DNA of 32,000 nucleotides. It comes from Puniceicoccales bacterium. GTDB taxonomy: Bacteria; Verrucomicrobiota; Verrucomicrobiia; Opitutales; LL51. Both the position numbers and the translations under genes were made by a program. Below the pieces are notes generated by a model. It searched no databases, was not told the DNA's origin, and saw only the letters and a program-made list of their open reading frames with translations. Shown here piece after piece: positions 1 to 10,479 of this stretch. The stretch covers positions 60,001 through 92,000 of the forward strand of contig JAITBP010000007.1 of NCBI GenBank assembly GCA_031283585.1, written 5' to 3'. How positions within the stretch are numbered: position 1 is the stretch's first letter; every line of letters begins with the position of its first letter.

Positions 1-76
1 GCGATGCTCCCAGCTGATCCTCTCCCATGTCCATGGAGATTTCCACGGGGACACATTTTTTCCAGAATTTTCGCAT
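1..76 (-). CDS. Possible 5' end of a divergently transcribed gene running off the left edge (unknown product)
   Basis: The reverse complement of 1..76 reads ATG CGA AAA TTC TGG... (MRKFWKKCVPVEISMDMGEDQLGAS). A TAA lies immediately upstream in frame (77..79). Only 25 codons are visible and I see no recognisable motif. Confidence 0.2.
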   Translation of the reverse strand, partial: MRKFWKKCVPVEISMDMGEDQLGAS

Positions 77-210
77 TTATTTAAGTACAATAGCGACATA
101 CATCTGGGTGACAAATTTGTGACAAAACTCTACGATAATGTGCATTGCTCCTGGCCAACGGAAAAATTTCTGCTTGACTAAAAATTCATATCCTAGTTGC
201 CTGATTGGCG

Positions 211-1731
211 ATGTTGGCAATAGTACAATCCGGAGCGATTCTTGGCATAGAAGCGCTTCCAATTAACATCGAGATAAATTCTGGCGAAGCCGGTGAGCCA
301 AGATTTATACTGGTTGGATTGCCTGATACGGCGGTCAAAGAATCCCAGGGTCGAGTATATTCAGCCCTGGCAAATTCTGGTTTTTTTCCACCAAAAACAC
401 GGACCACAGCTAATTTATCACCAGGAAATATAAAGAAAGAAGGGCCACTCTACGACCTGCCGATTGCCCTGGGGATCATAGCAAGCACGAACCAGGCAAT
501 TTTTCATGGATTGGACAGATTTTTAATAGCCGGCGAGCTCAGTTTATCCGGCAAAGCGTTACCGGTCCGAGGCGCCATATCGTTGGGAATTTTGGCCAAA
601 AAGCTGAACAAATCCCTAATACTACCCAGGCCATCGGCCGAAGAAGCCGCGCTGCTCGATGGTCTAGAAGTTATAGGTGTCGAATCCCTGGACCAGGCTG
701 TACAATTCCTAACCGGCAGAATAAACCTAGAACCTAGGCATAGCAATATCAACGAGATATTTGACATAAACAGGCGTTCCTACCAGGTGGATTTTTCCGA
801 TGTAAAAGGTCAATTTATGTTACGTCGTGCCGTGGAAGTGGCTGTTGCTGGTGGCCATAATCTGCTGATGATAGGCGCACCAGGATCTGGTAAATCTATG
901 ATAGCCAAGAGGATTCCGAGCATAATGCCGGAGCCAACCATCTCGGAATTTTTAGAAAATCTTCGCATAGAATCCCTGGCCGATGCAAATTCACTGCCAA
1001 CCCAAAGGTCATTTTGCCGGCCGTTCAGATCGCCACATCACACCCTAAGCGATATAGGCCTGATCGGTGGTGGTAAAATTCCGACTCCCGGTGAAATATC
1101 GCTGGCCCACAACGGCGTACTGTTTCTCGACGAGCTGCCTGAGTTCAAAAGATCGACATTGGAAGTTCTGCGCCAACCACTTGAAGATGGCACTGTTTCC
1201 ATATCGCGAAGTGCCGGCAAGATAACGTTTCCCTGCGAATTTATGCTGGTTGCGGCGATGAATCCCTGTCCCTGCGGTTACCTCGGCGACCGAAGGATCT
1301 CGTGCCATTGTTCCATCGATAAAATACAAAAATACAGATCCAGAATAAGCGGTCCCTTGCTTGACAGGATCGACATTTACATAAACGTTAAGGCCGTCCG
1401 GGCAAACGAATTAGCAAACAACACTCCCGGCGAATCATCGGCAGATATAAAGAAACGCATTCAAACGGCCAGGTCCATACAGCAGGAAAGATATCAAAGC
1501 AAAACCATCAATGCCCGGGCCAGCAGAAGTGATATGAAAAAATATTGTGTGCTGGATGCGGCTTGTAGCAAACTGATTGAGGCAGCCATGGCCCAATTTT
1601 CAATCTCCGCCAGAGCCCATTCCAAGATCATAAAAGTGGCAAGAACCATAGCCGACCTGGCCTCATCGGACAAAATCCAAGAAGAACATCTGTTAGAAGC
1701 CATACAATATAGATCCTGGGATCACCACTGA
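211..1731 (+). CDS. comM: Mg-chelatase-like AAA+ ATPase, ComM/YifB family
   Basis: It has a Lon-like N-terminal domain ([14 protein letters not shown]...YDLPIALGI), Walker A GAPGSGKS, Walker [11 protein letters not shown], a CPCGY...CHCS zinc-ribbon-like motif and a C-terminal [19 protein letters not shown] helix. The track start at 205 is a TTG; the ATG at 211 is more likely. Confidence 0.9.
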   Translation: MLAIVQSGAILGIEALPINIEINSGEAGEPRFILVGLPDTAVKESQGRVYSALANSGFFPPKTRTTANLSPGNIKKEGPLYDLPIALGIIASTNQAIFHGLDRFLIAGELSLSGKALPVRGAISLGILAKKLNKSLILPRPSAEEAALLDGLEVIGVESLDQAVQFLTGRINLEPRHSNINEIFDINRRSYQVDFSDVKGQFMLRRAVEVAVAGGHNLLMIGAPGSGKSMIAKRIPSIMPEPTISEFLENLRIESLADANSLPTQRSFCRPFRSPHHTLSDIGLIGGGKIPTPGEISLAHNGVLFLDELPEFKRSTLEVLRQPLEDGTVSISRSAGKITFPCEFMLVAAMNPCPCGYLGDRRISCHCSIDKIQKYRSRISGPLLDRIDIYINVKAVRANELANNTPGESSADIKKRIQTARSIQQERYQSKTINARASRSDMKKYCVLDAACSKLIEAAMAQFSISARAHSKIIKVARTIADLASSDKIQEEHLLEAIQYRSWDHH

Positions 1732-1935
1732 TGAGCGAGGCAAAGTTTCGTAGATATGATTCGCCAGGACAAAAAACTCAGTAAAAGAAAAATATTATTT
1801 TTTGACTCAAAAATCTATAGAAATCAATAATTAACAATACTAACAATAAATACATAACCAGGTAACGATAATTTTCCGATGGACAAAGGTTCACAGGTTT
1901 GCTTTTATAAAATAATTAAAATAATAAAATTAGCA

Positions 1936-1963
1936 TTGACCTTAGGGCACCATGTTTACAAAT
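1936..1963 (+). promoter_or_regulatory. Candidate sigma70-type promoter for tRNA-Thr/tuf, with an A/T-rich UP-like tract upstream
   Basis: TTGACC lies at 1936..1941, preceded by an almost pure A/T run (about 1903..1934). Weak -10 candidates (TACAAA/ACAAAT) sit 15-16 nt downstream, about 20 nt before the tRNA 5' end at 1984. The -10 match is poor. Confidence 0.25.
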
Positions 1964-1983
1964 TTGCGTCCATGGTTATGTTC

Positions 1984-2059
<76 letters not shown>

Positions 2060-2174
2060 GTTGGCGAACACATAGGACTTTTGATATGATAAAATAAAAA
2101 ATTGTTGTTAAATTTTAATTAATGTAGTTATGATGTTTAATGTTTTAATATATGAATAGGAGTACAGCAAAGAT

Positions 2175-3446
2175 ATGAGTAGAAATATAGCAAATGATGA
2201 GATTGTAAAAGTAAAATCGGCGAAGAGTGAATTTATAGCAAATAAGCCACATATAAATGTGGGTACAATTGGACATGTCGACCATGGGAAATCTACTCTC
2301 ACAACTGCATTATTAAAGGTTCAGGCCGACAAAGGGTTGGCTGAATTTAAGTCCTATGCAGATGTGACCAAAGGTGGGACGGTCCGGGATGCGACAAAAA
2401 CAGTTACAATAGCCGTGTCCCACGTTGAATATTCAACCGAAACCCGACATTATGCACATGTTGACTGCCCTGGCCATGCCGATTTTATAAAAAATATGAT
2501 AACCGGTGCCGCTCAAATGGATGGCGCAATTTTAGTTGTGAGCGCCCATGACGGCCCGATGCCCCAGACCCGGGAACACATACTGTTGGCTCGACAGGTT
2601 GGTGTCCCAAATATAGTCGTTTTCTTAAATAAAGTAGATCTTCTAAAAAATGAACCGGAACTCATTGATCTGGTGGAAATGGAAATCCGTGAGCTGCTAA
2701 GCAAATACGAATACGATGGCGATAATATACCAGTGATACGTGGATCGGCATTGAGTGCGCTGACAGACGAAAAGTCCGGAGTAAATTCCAAGGAAGGAAT
2801 GAATTCCAGGGAGGGAGTAAATTCCATTATGAAGTTATTGGATACCCTGGACAGTTATATCAAAGTACCAATCCGTGATGTGGAAAAACCGTTTTTGATG
2901 GCCGTCGAAGATGTATTTTCCATTACAGGTCGTGGCACTGTGGCCACCGGACGGATCGAACGTGGAACGATTAGGCTCAATGAAGAGGTAGAGATCGTTG
3001 GCCTAGGCGAAACCAAAAAAACCATTTGCACCGGCATCGAAATGTTCCGTAAGTTGCTGCCAGAAGGCCGCGCCGGCGACAATGTGGGACTTTTGCTCCG
3101 TGGACTTAATAAAGAAGACGTTGAAAGAGGCCAGGTTATAGCTAAGCCGAAAAGCATCACTCCTCATACCGTGGCGAGGGCTGAAATATATGTGTTAACA
3201 AAGGACGAAGGTGGTCGGCATACGCCATTTATTAATGGTTATAGACCGCAATTTTTCTTTGGAACAGCGGATGTCACCGGCGTTGTAACCCTTCCTGAAA
3301 ACGCAGAAATGGTAATGCCAGGCGACAATTTGAACGTTAAGCTGGATTTACAAAAGCCCATAGCAATGGAAAAAGGCCAAAAATTTGCCATGAGAGAAGG
3401 TGGACGTACCATAGGTGCCGGCAGAATTACAGAGATTATTGAGTAA
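2175..3446 (+). CDS. tuf: Translation elongation factor Tu (423 aa, longer than the usual ~395 aa)
   Basis: Contains GHVDHGKS (P-loop), [12 protein letters not shown], the GSAL region, and domain II/III motifs ([34 protein letters not shown]). AGGAG lies 12 nt upstream of the ATG. It carries an N-terminal extension, a divergent effector loop and a repeat insertion (see findings). Confidence 0.97.
   Translation: MSRNIANDEIVKVKSAKSEFIANKPHINVGTIGHVDHGKSTLTTALLKVQADKGLAEFKSYADVTKGGTVRDATKTVTIAVSHVEYSTETRHYAHVDCPGHADFIKNMITGAAQMDGAILVVSAHDGPMPQTREHILLARQVGVPNIVVFLNKVDLLKNEPELIDLVEMEIRELLSKYEYDGDNIPVIRGSALSALTDEKSGVNSKEGMNSREGVNSIMKLLDTLDSYIKVPIRDVEKPFLMAVEDVFSITGRGTVATGRIERGTIRLNEEVEIVGLGETKKTICTGIEMFRKLLPEGRAGDNVGLLLRGLNKEDVERGQVIAKPKSITPHTVARAEIYVLTKDEGGRHTPFINGYRPQFFFGTADVTGVVTLPENAEMVMPGDNLNVKLDLQKPIAMEKGQKFAMREGGRTIGAGRITEIIE
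2778..2825 (+). repeat. Degenerate in-frame 18-nt tandem repeat (about 2.7 units) inside tuf
   Basis: GGA GTA AAT TCC AAG GAA / GGA ATG AAT TCC AGG GAG / GGA GTA AAT TCC encodes [16 protein letters not shown]. Confidence 0.8.
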
Positions 3447-3462
3447 AAATTATAAAATTATA

Positions 3463-3492
3463 TTGACTAATTTTGATAAATGGTCTTTTAAT
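3463..3492 (+). promoter_or_regulatory. Candidate sigma70-type promoter for tRNA-Trp-secE-nusG
   Basis: TTGACT (3463..3468), an 18-nt spacer, then TTTAAT (3487..3492). This is about 17 nt upstream of the tRNA-Trp 5' end. It is a sequence match only. Confidence 0.3.
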
Positions 3493-3509
3493 GTCCAATC
3501 TTCGGGAAT

Positions 3510-3585
3510 AGGAGAATAGCTCAATTGGCAGAGCAACGGTCTCCAAAATCGTAGGTTGTGGGTTCAAGTCCCTCTTCTCCTGCCA
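3510..3585 (+). tRNA. tRNA-Trp (anticodon CCA), CCA encoded
   Basis: Hand-folded cloverleaf: acceptor AGGAGAA/TTCTCCT, D stem GCTC/GAGC, anticodon stem ACGGT/ATCGT with loop CTCCAAA, T arm GTGGG-TTCAAGT-CCCTC (one U-U mismatch), discriminator G plus CCA. It sits in the canonical slot between tuf and secE. Confidence 0.9.
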
Positions 3586-3598
3586 TTTAAATTTGAAT

Positions 3599-3811
3599 AT
3601 GAATCCGTTTAGGCGAATCAGTATATTTTGCGTTGAAACCGTAGATGAGTTAAAAAAGGCTTCCTGGCCAACGGCCCGGGAGCTACGTAAATCGACTATC
3701 GTTGTGTTAATTGGAATGGTAGTGCTGGGGATATATGTGTCATTGGTAGATTTTGCGCTAGGTGGAGCTATTAATACGGTAAGTTCTTGGGTAAGAGGAT
3801 GCATTGGATAA
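3599..3811 (+). CDS. secE: Preprotein translocase subunit SecE
   Basis: Small protein with ELKKASWPT...EL motif followed by a single TM helix (TIVVLIGMVVLGIYVSLVDFAL). It occupies the canonical position upstream of nusG. The track start at 3593 is a TTG; the ATG is at 3599. Confidence 0.88.
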   Translation: MNPFRRISIFCVETVDELKKASWPTARELRKSTIVVLIGMVVLGIYVSLVDFALGGAINTVSSWVRGCIG

Positions 3812-3814
3812 AAG

Positions 3815-4390
3815 ATGGCCACAACTACGATTGATGATTTCCGGTGGTATGCCTTGCAGATTTTAACCAATCAGGAAGGCAAGGTTAAGTCATATATAGA
3901 TAAGTTTATGTTGATAAATGGCTTAACCGAATTCATAGCTGAAGTTTTGGTGCCTTCGGAAAATGTGGTTGAGATAAAGAATGGGAAAAAATATCATCGG
4001 GTTAAGAAATTTTATCCGGGCTATGCGTTCATTAAGATGAAATTATTCGATGATGATGGCAATTTATTGCAGGAACCTTGGCAGTTCGTCAGAAATACCC
4101 AGGGAGTTGTGAATTTTGTCGGTGGAGATAAACCGGTTCCTCTGAAACAACCTGAGGTTGACCGAATTCTGGAACAGGCTAAAAAAGCCAACGAGGCTCC
4201 GGTGCAAAAGGTCTCTTTCGACATTGGAAATCGGGTGAAGATAACCGAGGGTCCCTTTGCGGAATCCGTTGGTGATGTGATAGATATAGATCTTGATACG
4301 GGAAAAATGAAGGTATCGGTTTCGCTATTTGGCCGCGATACACCGGTGGAACTGGAGTTTTGGCAGGCCAATATTATCAATAAACAATAG
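3815..4390 (+). CDS. nusG: Transcription termination/antitermination factor NusG
   Basis: The NGN domain (WYALQ..., FPGYAFIKM) and the C-terminal KOW domain (GNRVKITEGPFAESVGDV) are both present. Confidence 0.95.
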   Translation: MATTTIDDFRWYALQILTNQEGKVKSYIDKFMLINGLTEFIAEVLVPSENVVEIKNGKKYHRVKKFYPGYAFIKMKLFDDDGNLLQEPWQFVRNTQGVVNFVGGDKPVPLKQPEVDRILEQAKKANEAPVQKVSFDIGNRVKITEGPFAESVGDVIDIDLDTGKMKVSVSLFGRDTPVELEFWQANIINKQ

Positions 4391-4400
4391 GTAAGTTTTT

Positions 4401-4826
4401 ATGGCAAAAAAGGTAGTAAAACAAATAAAGTTACAATTACCTGCTGGAGCAGCGACTCCTGCACCGCCGGTGGGTCCGGCTCTTGGCGCAGCTGGTGTGA
4501 ACATCATGGGGTTTTGTAAGGAATTCAACGCCAAGACGAAAGATCAGGCAGGAATGATAATTCCGGCGGTTATATCCGTGTATGCCGATAAGTCGTTTAC
4601 ATTTGAATTGAAATCGCCGCCGGCCTCGGTGTTGTTGCTGAAAGCAGCTGGTATACCCAAGGGTTCCGGTGTGCCGAATCGCAATAAAATCGGTAAAGTC
4701 ACCCGGGCTCAAATAAATGAAATCGCCGAAATAAAAAAGAAAGATCTTAATGCTATTGACTTGAAGGCGGCTGGATTAATGATAGAAGGCACGGCTAGAA
4801 GCATGGGAATAGAAGTGGCTCCCTAG
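4401..4826 (+). CDS. rplK: 50S ribosomal protein L11
   Basis: [31 protein letters not shown] is the L11 signature. Confidence 0.97.
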   Translation: MAKKVVKQIKLQLPAGAATPAPPVGPALGAAGVNIMGFCKEFNAKTKDQAGMIIPAVISVYADKSFTFELKSPPASVLLLKAAGIPKGSGVPNRNKIGKVTRAQINEIAEIKKKDLNAIDLKAAGLMIEGTARSMGIEVAP

Positions 4827-4861
4827 CATTTGGTATTGTTAAAGTGGTAATTTTTATGTTT

Positions 4862-5560
4862 ATGAAAAAACGAAGCAAACGTCACAGAAAAGGGCAGGAA
4901 GTTGCTGATTTAAGTCAATTTTTTAGAGTGGAGGAAGCTGTAGCACTGCTTGACAAAATGCCTCGGGCTAAATTTGATGAAACGGTCGAACTTTCGGTTC
5001 ATTTTGGTGTTGACCCAAAACAAAGCGATCAAATGGTGCGCGGAACGGTTAAATTACCCAATGGTAGTGGAAAAAACGTGAAAGTTCTTGCATTCACCGA
5101 ATCGCCGGAAATCGCGCTCCAAGCCGGTGCTGATTTTGCTGGGCTAGATGATATGATCGAAAAGGTAAATTCTGGTTGGCTAGAATTTGATGTGGCAGTG
5201 GCAACTACTTCGGCCATGAAGCAGGTTAGGAATGTCGCAAGGGTTTTAGGCCCAAGAGGTTTGATGCCAAATCCAAAATCTGGCACCGTGTCGGATGACA
5301 TAGGTTCCGCCATAGCCGAAGTGAAGGCCGGCCGGGTGGAATTTAAGATGGACAAAACCGCCAACGTTGGTGTTATTGTAGGTAAAAGGTCATTTGAGCA
5401 AAGTAAAATTGTCGCAAATCTGAAGGCTGCAATCGCATCGGTAAACGAAGCAAAACCAGCCGGGTTTCGCGGCACTTTTATAAAAGGAATGGCAATCAGC
5501 GCAACCATGACGCCAGGTATAAAGGTTGCTCAGGCTGAATATAATAATGAAGTTGCCTAG
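4862..5560 (+). CDS. rplA: 50S ribosomal protein L1
   Basis: FDETVEL...GVDP...DQMVRGTV.LPNG.GK and LGPRGLMPNPK.GTV motifs. The start is ambiguous: GTG 4844, ATG 4856 or ATG 4862. I chose 4862 (MKKRSKR...). Confidence 0.93.
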   Translation: MKKRSKRHRKGQEVADLSQFFRVEEAVALLDKMPRAKFDETVELSVHFGVDPKQSDQMVRGTVKLPNGSGKNVKVLAFTESPEIALQAGADFAGLDDMIEKVNSGWLEFDVAVATTSAMKQVRNVARVLGPRGLMPNPKSGTVSDDIGSAIAEVKAGRVEFKMDKTANVGVIVGKRSFEQSKIVANLKAAIASVNEAKPAGFRGTFIKGMAISATMTPGIKVAQAEYNNEVA

Positions 5561-5571
5561 GAGGGTAAATA

Positions 5572-6087
5572 ATGAGAAGTGAAAAAGTTTTTTTTGTCGA
5601 CGAAATTTCGAATTATCTTCAAAAATCGGATTATGTTTATTTATCGGATTTCACTGGTGTTTCCGTTGCATCTATCTCTCGGTTACGCAACAACTTACGA
5701 GCTGAAGCCGCCGAGTGTCATGTGGTAAAAAACCGAATTTTACAGTTGGTTTTGAAAGATCGGGTTGATTCCATGGATGAATCTTGGTTTTCCGGCCATA
5801 CAGCTATAATAATTGGAGGAAACAATCCGTCCGGCGTGGCAAAAGTTTTGACTAGGTTTTCGAAAGATAATGAAAATAGAATGAGATTCAAAGGCGGCAT
5901 ACTAAAATCTAAAAAATTGTTGCTAAATGATTTGAATACTTTGGCCGAATTGCCAAGCCTGGAAGATTTACGTAGCAAATTGCTTTCCATTTTCTGTGAG
6001 CCAGCCCGTGGGCTTGTTAGAATTCTGAATGCGGTTCCACAAGGTGTTGTAAATGTGTTACAAGCGAGGGTTAAGCAGGGAGCATAA
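5572..6087 (+). CDS. rplJ: 50S ribosomal protein L10
   Basis: Position between rplA and rplL, length 171 aa, L10-like LR..LR......VVKN and a C-terminal helix. A GGAGGG Shine-Dalgarno lies upstream. Confidence 0.9.
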   Translation: MRSEKVFFVDEISNYLQKSDYVYLSDFTGVSVASISRLRNNLRAEAAECHVVKNRILQLVLKDRVDSMDESWFSGHTAIIIGGNNPSGVAKVLTRFSKDNENRMRFKGGILKSKKLLLNDLNTLAELPSLEDLRSKLLSIFCEPARGLVRILNAVPQGVVNVLQARVKQGA

Positions 6088-6163
6088 ATTTTAATGTAGG
6101 GTGTCCTTAGGAGATTTTCTCTTAAATGGTTTCGGCCGCTAAGGATGCTTTAGGAGGATAAAA

Positions 6164-6547
6164 ATGTCAAATATTACAAAAGAACAAGTTGTAGAATGGT
6201 TAAGTGCCCAGTCTGTTTTAGATATAGCTGGGTTGGTTAAAGATCTGGAAGCCAAATGGGGCGTAAGTGCTGCTGCACCCGTGGCCGCTGTGGCTGCCGC
6301 TCCCACGGCCGCCGCCGTCGAAACAGTGGAAGAACAGACTGAGTTCAGCGTCAATCTGCTTTCCTCTGGCGCAAATAAAATCGGCGTCATAAAAGAGGTT
6401 CGCGCTGCCACTGGCCTTGGTTTAAAAGAAGCCAAGGATGCGGTCGAAGGTGCTCCAAAAATAGTGAAGGAAGGTATGTCGAAGGCTGAAGCCGAAGATC
6501 TTAAGAAAAAGCTCGAAGCCGCTGGAGCCACCGTGGAGCTAAAATAA
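6164..6547 (+). CDS. rplL: 50S ribosomal protein L7/L12
   Basis: N-terminal dimerisation helix, Ala/Pro/Val-rich hinge ([16 protein letters not shown]), and a C-terminal domain with [31 protein letters not shown] Shine-Dalgarno upstream. Confidence 0.97.
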   Translation: MSNITKEQVVEWLSAQSVLDIAGLVKDLEAKWGVSAAAPVAAVAAAPTAAAVETVEEQTEFSVNLLSSGANKIGVIKEVRAATGLGLKEAKDAVEGAPKIVKEGMSKAEAEDLKKKLEAAGATVELK

Positions 6548-6697
6548 TGTTGTCAAAAATCGGTATTTTGTTGTGATTCCAGAAATTTTTAGTCTCCTAG
6601 ATCATCAAAATAGTGATTTGTGTGAATTCTTATCTTTACAAACAGTTTATTATATATAAAAACCATGTGAGTAGCGTGGTGTTGATGTGTTTAGCAT

Positions 6698-9600
6698 ATG
6701 TCAGAACGTATTGATTTTGGGAAACTTACGGAAGTAATAGAACCACCAAATTTGATAGAGATTCAAATAAGTTCGTTTTGTGAATTTCTACAGAAAAACC
6801 TGCCGACCAGTAGTCGTACAGATATTGGTCTGGAGGGCGTTTTTCGTGAATTTTTTCCAATAGGAAGCTATGATGGTCGTTGCAACCTGGAGTACGTTTC
6901 CTATAGGATATGTGACCCCAGGTACCATGAGGACTATTGTGTACGTGAGGGGATTACCTATTCGGCGTCTCTGTATGTGACACTTAGATTACGAAATAAC
7001 GATGAAATAAAGGAAGAGGAGATATATTTTGGAGAGCTACCAATAATGGGCGAACGTGGTTCTTTTATAATAAACGGTGCCGAGCGTGTCGTTGTCAGTC
7101 AACTACATAGGTCACCGGGCATATGCTATGAGGGAACCCAGCACACCAGTGGCAAAATCTTATATTCATTTAGAGTGATTCCCGATCGAGGCACCTGGCT
7201 AGAGGTTCAATTTGACCAAAGCGACCTGTTATATGTCTATCTCGATCGCCGTAGGCGAAGAAGGAAGTTCTTGGTAACCACATTGTTACGTGCATTTGGC
7301 TATGGGTCCGACAGGGAAATATTGGGGTTATTTTACAACCTGGAAGATAGGACACTGGAATCATTGAAAAGCTGTGATAACATATCGGATTATGTTCTGG
7401 TAGAAGATATTATCGACACAAAGGATGGCATAGTATTGGCCAGGGAACACGAACAGCTCTCGAAGACAATTCTCGACACCTTTGAAAATGCTGGCATCGG
7501 AAGCATTCCGGTGGTGAACGCCAGCGTCGATGACGGCATGATTGTGCGCAGTTTGAAAAAAGACACAACGAAAAATACCGATGAGGCTCTGCGAGAAATG
7601 TATAGAAAACTCAGGCCGGGTGAGCCGGCCACGACTCCCAATGCTAAGTCGATGATGCTAAGATTGTTTGGCGATCGAAAGCGCTATGATCTGGGCCGGG
7701 TTGGTCGTCGAAAACTGAATCAGAAGCTTAAGATGCATAGGAACTTGGAAGACAGGTTGCTGGATGCGAAGGATATTGTGGCCGCAACAAAAAGGCTATG
7801 CAGACTTAGGAAAGGCGAGCATTCCATCGACGATATAGATCATTTGGGAAATCGAAGGATTCGCAATGTGTGTGAACTTCTAATGAACCAATGCCGTCTT
7901 GGATTGTTGAGAATGGAACGTCTTGTTAGAGAACGGATTGCATTATTTGATAACAGCGTCGATGCGATTGTTCCGCAGAAACTGGTCAATCCAAAGATTT
8001 TCATGAGTGTGATCAGGGATTTCTTTGCGCGCAGCCAGTTATCCCAATTCATGGACCAGATCAATCCTCTGGCCGAGCTTGCCCATAAACGTAGGCTATC
8101 TGCTTTAGGCCCAGGTGGGTTAAGTCGCGACAGGGCCGGGCTTGATGTTAGGGATGTACACGTCTCCCATTACGGTAGAGTATGCCCTATTGAAACACCC
8201 GAGGGTCCGAATATTGGACTAATCAATTCTCTCAGTATCTATGCTAAAGTCAATGAGTTCGGGTTCATTGAAACGCCCTATCGGGTGGTAAAAAATGGCA
8301 AAGTTACCGATGAAGTCGTCTACATGGATGCAACCGATGAAGAGGACGAGGTTATTGCCCAGGCCAATTCGGAGATTGACGAAAATGGTTATCTTGTGGG
8401 CAAAGTCCAAGTGAGAAAAGGAGATACGTTTCTTGAGGTGGCGCCCAAGGATGTGAATTTAATGGATGTTTCGCCAAAACAGGTCCTGTCCGTTGCCGCC
8501 GGCCTAATTCCTTTCATCGAGCACGATGATCCAGCCCGGGCGTTGATGGGATCGAACATGCAACGGCAGGGAGTTCCATTGATTGTTCCAGAGGCTCCGC
8601 TGGTAGGCACGGGCATAGAACGGAGAGTCGCCATAGATTCAAAAAATGTTGTGACCGCAAGGTTTGACGGGATCGTGGCATCCGTCGACGCTAACTGTAT
8701 AATTATAACCAAGGACGGCAAGTTGCCGAAAAAAATAGAACCTCGAGTTGCCCAAAATAAGGATCTGGCGGTGTATAATCTGCGCAAATTTGTGAGATCC
8801 AATTCCGCCACCTGTTTCAACCAAAAGCCAAGGGTACAAAAGGGGCAAAAGGTTACGGCCGGAGATGTGTTAGCCGACGGTGCAGCCACGGATAACGGTG
8901 AATTGGCCCTGGGTAGAAATGTTTTGGTTGCATTCATGCCCTGGCATGGATACAATTTCCAGGATGCTATCATATTGAGTGACAGTCTGATAAAGGACGA
9001 TGTGTTCACATCCATACACATAGAAGAATTCGAGGTAGTAGCCAGAGATACCAAACTAGGGGCTGAAGAAATCACCAAAGACATTCCTAATGTCAGTGAG
9101 GATGCGCTGAAAAATCTTGACCGCGACGGTGTTATAAAAATAGGTTCGGAAGTGAAACCAGGCGACATACTGGTTGGCAAGATAACTCCTAAGAGCGAAA
9201 CCGACCTGGCTCCCGAAGAAAAATTGCTGCGTGCGATTTTTGGTGAAAAAGCCGCCGATGTCAAAGATTCATCGCTTACGGTTCCGCCCGGATGCTTTGG
9301 TATAGTCATGGACGTCAAGGTTTCTGGACATATCGATCGGGAAAAAGAAGACACGTCGATTGCGGATATGAAGCGTCGAACCAAAAAGGTCAACGAAGAG
9401 TTTCGTGGCCAATCGGATAAACTCAGAGATGATCTCACCGAGGCGCTGTCCAGCATATTGCTTGGAGAAAAAATTCCTCTTGATGTCACAAATGGGTTAA
9501 ATGGCGAAATAATTATACCAGCGAACAGGAAAATAACCAAAACTCTTCTTCGCAAACTGGCCTCCTGTTTTGATTCGGTCGAAATCGCTGCATCTCCTGT

Positions 9601-10456
9601 AAAAAACAGGATCATGGAAATAGTTGAAAATTACAAAAATAGATTCGATGATCTTGAGCAAGAAAGAATTAGAAGAATTGAATCCATCGAAGCCGGCGAC
9701 ATCGATGACAGTGGCGTGATCAAGAACGTGAAAGTCTATATAGCGACCAAAAGAAAGATTCAGGTGGGCGATAAAATGGCCGGACGTCATGGAAACAAAG
9801 GCGTTGTCTCTAACATTGTTAGACGCGAAGACATGCCGTTTTTGCCCGATGGTACGCCGGTTGATATAATACTTAATCCACTGGGTGTTCCGAGTAGGAT
9901 GAATGTTGGGCAGGTTTTGGAAACCAATCTCGGCTGGGCTTGTCAAAAGCTTGGATTGAAGGCGGCCACACCCATATTTGACGGTATACCTGAGGAGAAG
10001 ATTCGAGAATTTTTGAGGCAAGCTGGTCTTCCCGAAAGTGGAAAATCGAAGCTTTTTGATGGGTTAACCGGTGAAGCTTTTGAACAGGATGTGGTTGTAG
10101 GATATATATATATGATGAAATTAAATCATCTTGTTGCCGATAAAATACATTCCCGAGCGGTCGGTCCCTACAGTTTGATAACCCAGCAGCCTCTCGGCGG
10201 CAAGGCCCAATATGGAGGGCAAAGGTTCGGTGAAATGGAAGTTTGGGCTCTAGAAGCCTATGGGGCGGCCTACACATTACAGGAAATTTTAACGGTCAAG
10301 TCCGATGACGTACAAGGTAGGACAAAAACCTATGAGTCGATTGTCAAGGGCGATAATTCGTTGCAGGCTTGTATCCCTCAATCATTCAACGTGTTAATGA
10401 AAGAAATACAGAGTCTATGTTTGGACGTGAGGCTGGAAAACGACAGTAGTTTTTAA
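6698..10456 (+). CDS. rpoB: DNA-directed RNA polymerase beta subunit
   Basis: 1252 aa. Contains the Rif cluster I region ([25 protein letters not shown]), [20 protein letters not shown] and [15 protein letters not shown]. An in-frame TAG lies 2 codons upstream of the ATG. Confidence 0.98.
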   Translation: MSERIDFGKLTEVIEPPNLIEIQISSFCEFLQKNLPTSSRTDIGLEGVFREFFPIGSYDGRCNLEYVSYRICDPRYHEDYCVREGITYSASLYVTLRLRNNDEIKEEEIYFGELPIMGERGSFIINGAERVVVSQLHRSPGICYEGTQHTSGKILYSFRVIPDRGTWLEVQFDQSDLLYVYLDRRRRRRKFLVTTLLRAFGYGSDREILGLFYNLEDRTLESLKSCDNISDYVLVEDIIDTKDGIVLAREHEQLSKTILDTFENAGIGSIPVVNASVDDGMIVRSLKKDTTKNTDEALREMYRKLRPGEPATTPNAKSMMLRLFGDRKRYDLGRVGRRKLNQKLKMHRNLEDRLLDAKDIVAATKRLCRLRKGEHSIDDIDHLGNRRIRNVCELLMNQCRLGLLRMERLVRERIALFDNSVDAIVPQKLVNPKIFMSVIRDFFARSQLSQFMDQINPLAELAHKRRLSALGPGGLSRDRAGLDVRDVHVSHYGRVCPIETPEGPNIGLINSLSIYAKVNEFGFIETPYRVVKNGKVTDEVVYMDATDEEDEVIAQANSEIDENGYLVGKVQVRKGDTFLEVAPKDVNLMDVSPKQVLSVAAGLIPFIEHDDPARALMGSNMQRQGVPLIVPEAPLVGTGIERRVAIDSKNVVTARFDGIVASVDANCIIITKDGKLPKKIEPRVAQNKDLAVYNLRKFVRSNSATCFNQKPRVQKGQKVTAGDVLADGAATDNGELALGRNVLVAFMPWHGYNFQDAIILSDSLIKDDVFTSIHIEEFEVVARDTKLGAEEITKDIPNVSEDALKNLDRDGVIKIGSEVKPGDILVGKITPKSETDLAPEEKLLRAIFGEKAADVKDSSLTVPPGCFGIVMDVKVSGHIDREKEDTSIADMKRRTKKVNEEFRGQSDKLRDDLTEALSSILLGEKIPLDVTNGLNGEIIIPANRKITKTLLRKLASCFDSVEIAASPVKNRIMEIVENYKNRFDDLEQERIRRIESIEAGDIDDSGVIKNVKVYIATKRKIQVGDKMAGRHGNKGVVSNIVRREDMPFLPDGTPVDIILNPLGVPSRMNVGQVLETNLGWACQKLGLKAATPIFDGIPEEKIREFLRQAGLPESGKSKLFDGLTGEAFEQDVVVGYIYMMKLNHLVADKIHSRAVGPYSLITQQPLGGKAQYGGQRFGEMEVWALEAYGAAYTLQEILTVKSDDVQGRTKTYESIVKGDNSLQACIPQSFNVLMKEIQSLCLDVRLENDSSF

Positions 10457-10479
10457 TCATAAATTGTAAATATTTTTTG

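Noticed and set aside
6547-6576. A 9-codon mini-ORF (MLSKIGILL*) starting at the rplL stop (TAATG), within the 150-bp rplL-rpoB spacer. I considered it as a leader peptide or attenuator.
   Set aside because: I could not find a convincing terminator or antiterminator hairpin or a U-tract downstream. There are only weak A/T stems and a 5-bp stem at 6663..6679. A 9-codon ORF in A/T-rich DNA is expected by chance.
8030-8106. Substitutions in RpoB rifampicin cluster I relative to E. coli (positions equivalent to N518I, S522A, T525A, plus I524L and I530L)
   Set aside because: The residues whose mutation gives strong resistance (equivalents of D516, H526 and S531) are all wild-type. The observed changes are conservative or of unknown effect, so I cannot support a natural-resistance claim from sequence alone.
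8389-9615. A 408-aa ORF on the minus strand inside rpoB
   Set aside because: It is entirely antisense to a confidently identified, motif-rich rpoB. Its translation is Ser/Thr/Phe-rich low complexity with no recognisable domain. This is a typical shadow ORF opposite a long gene.
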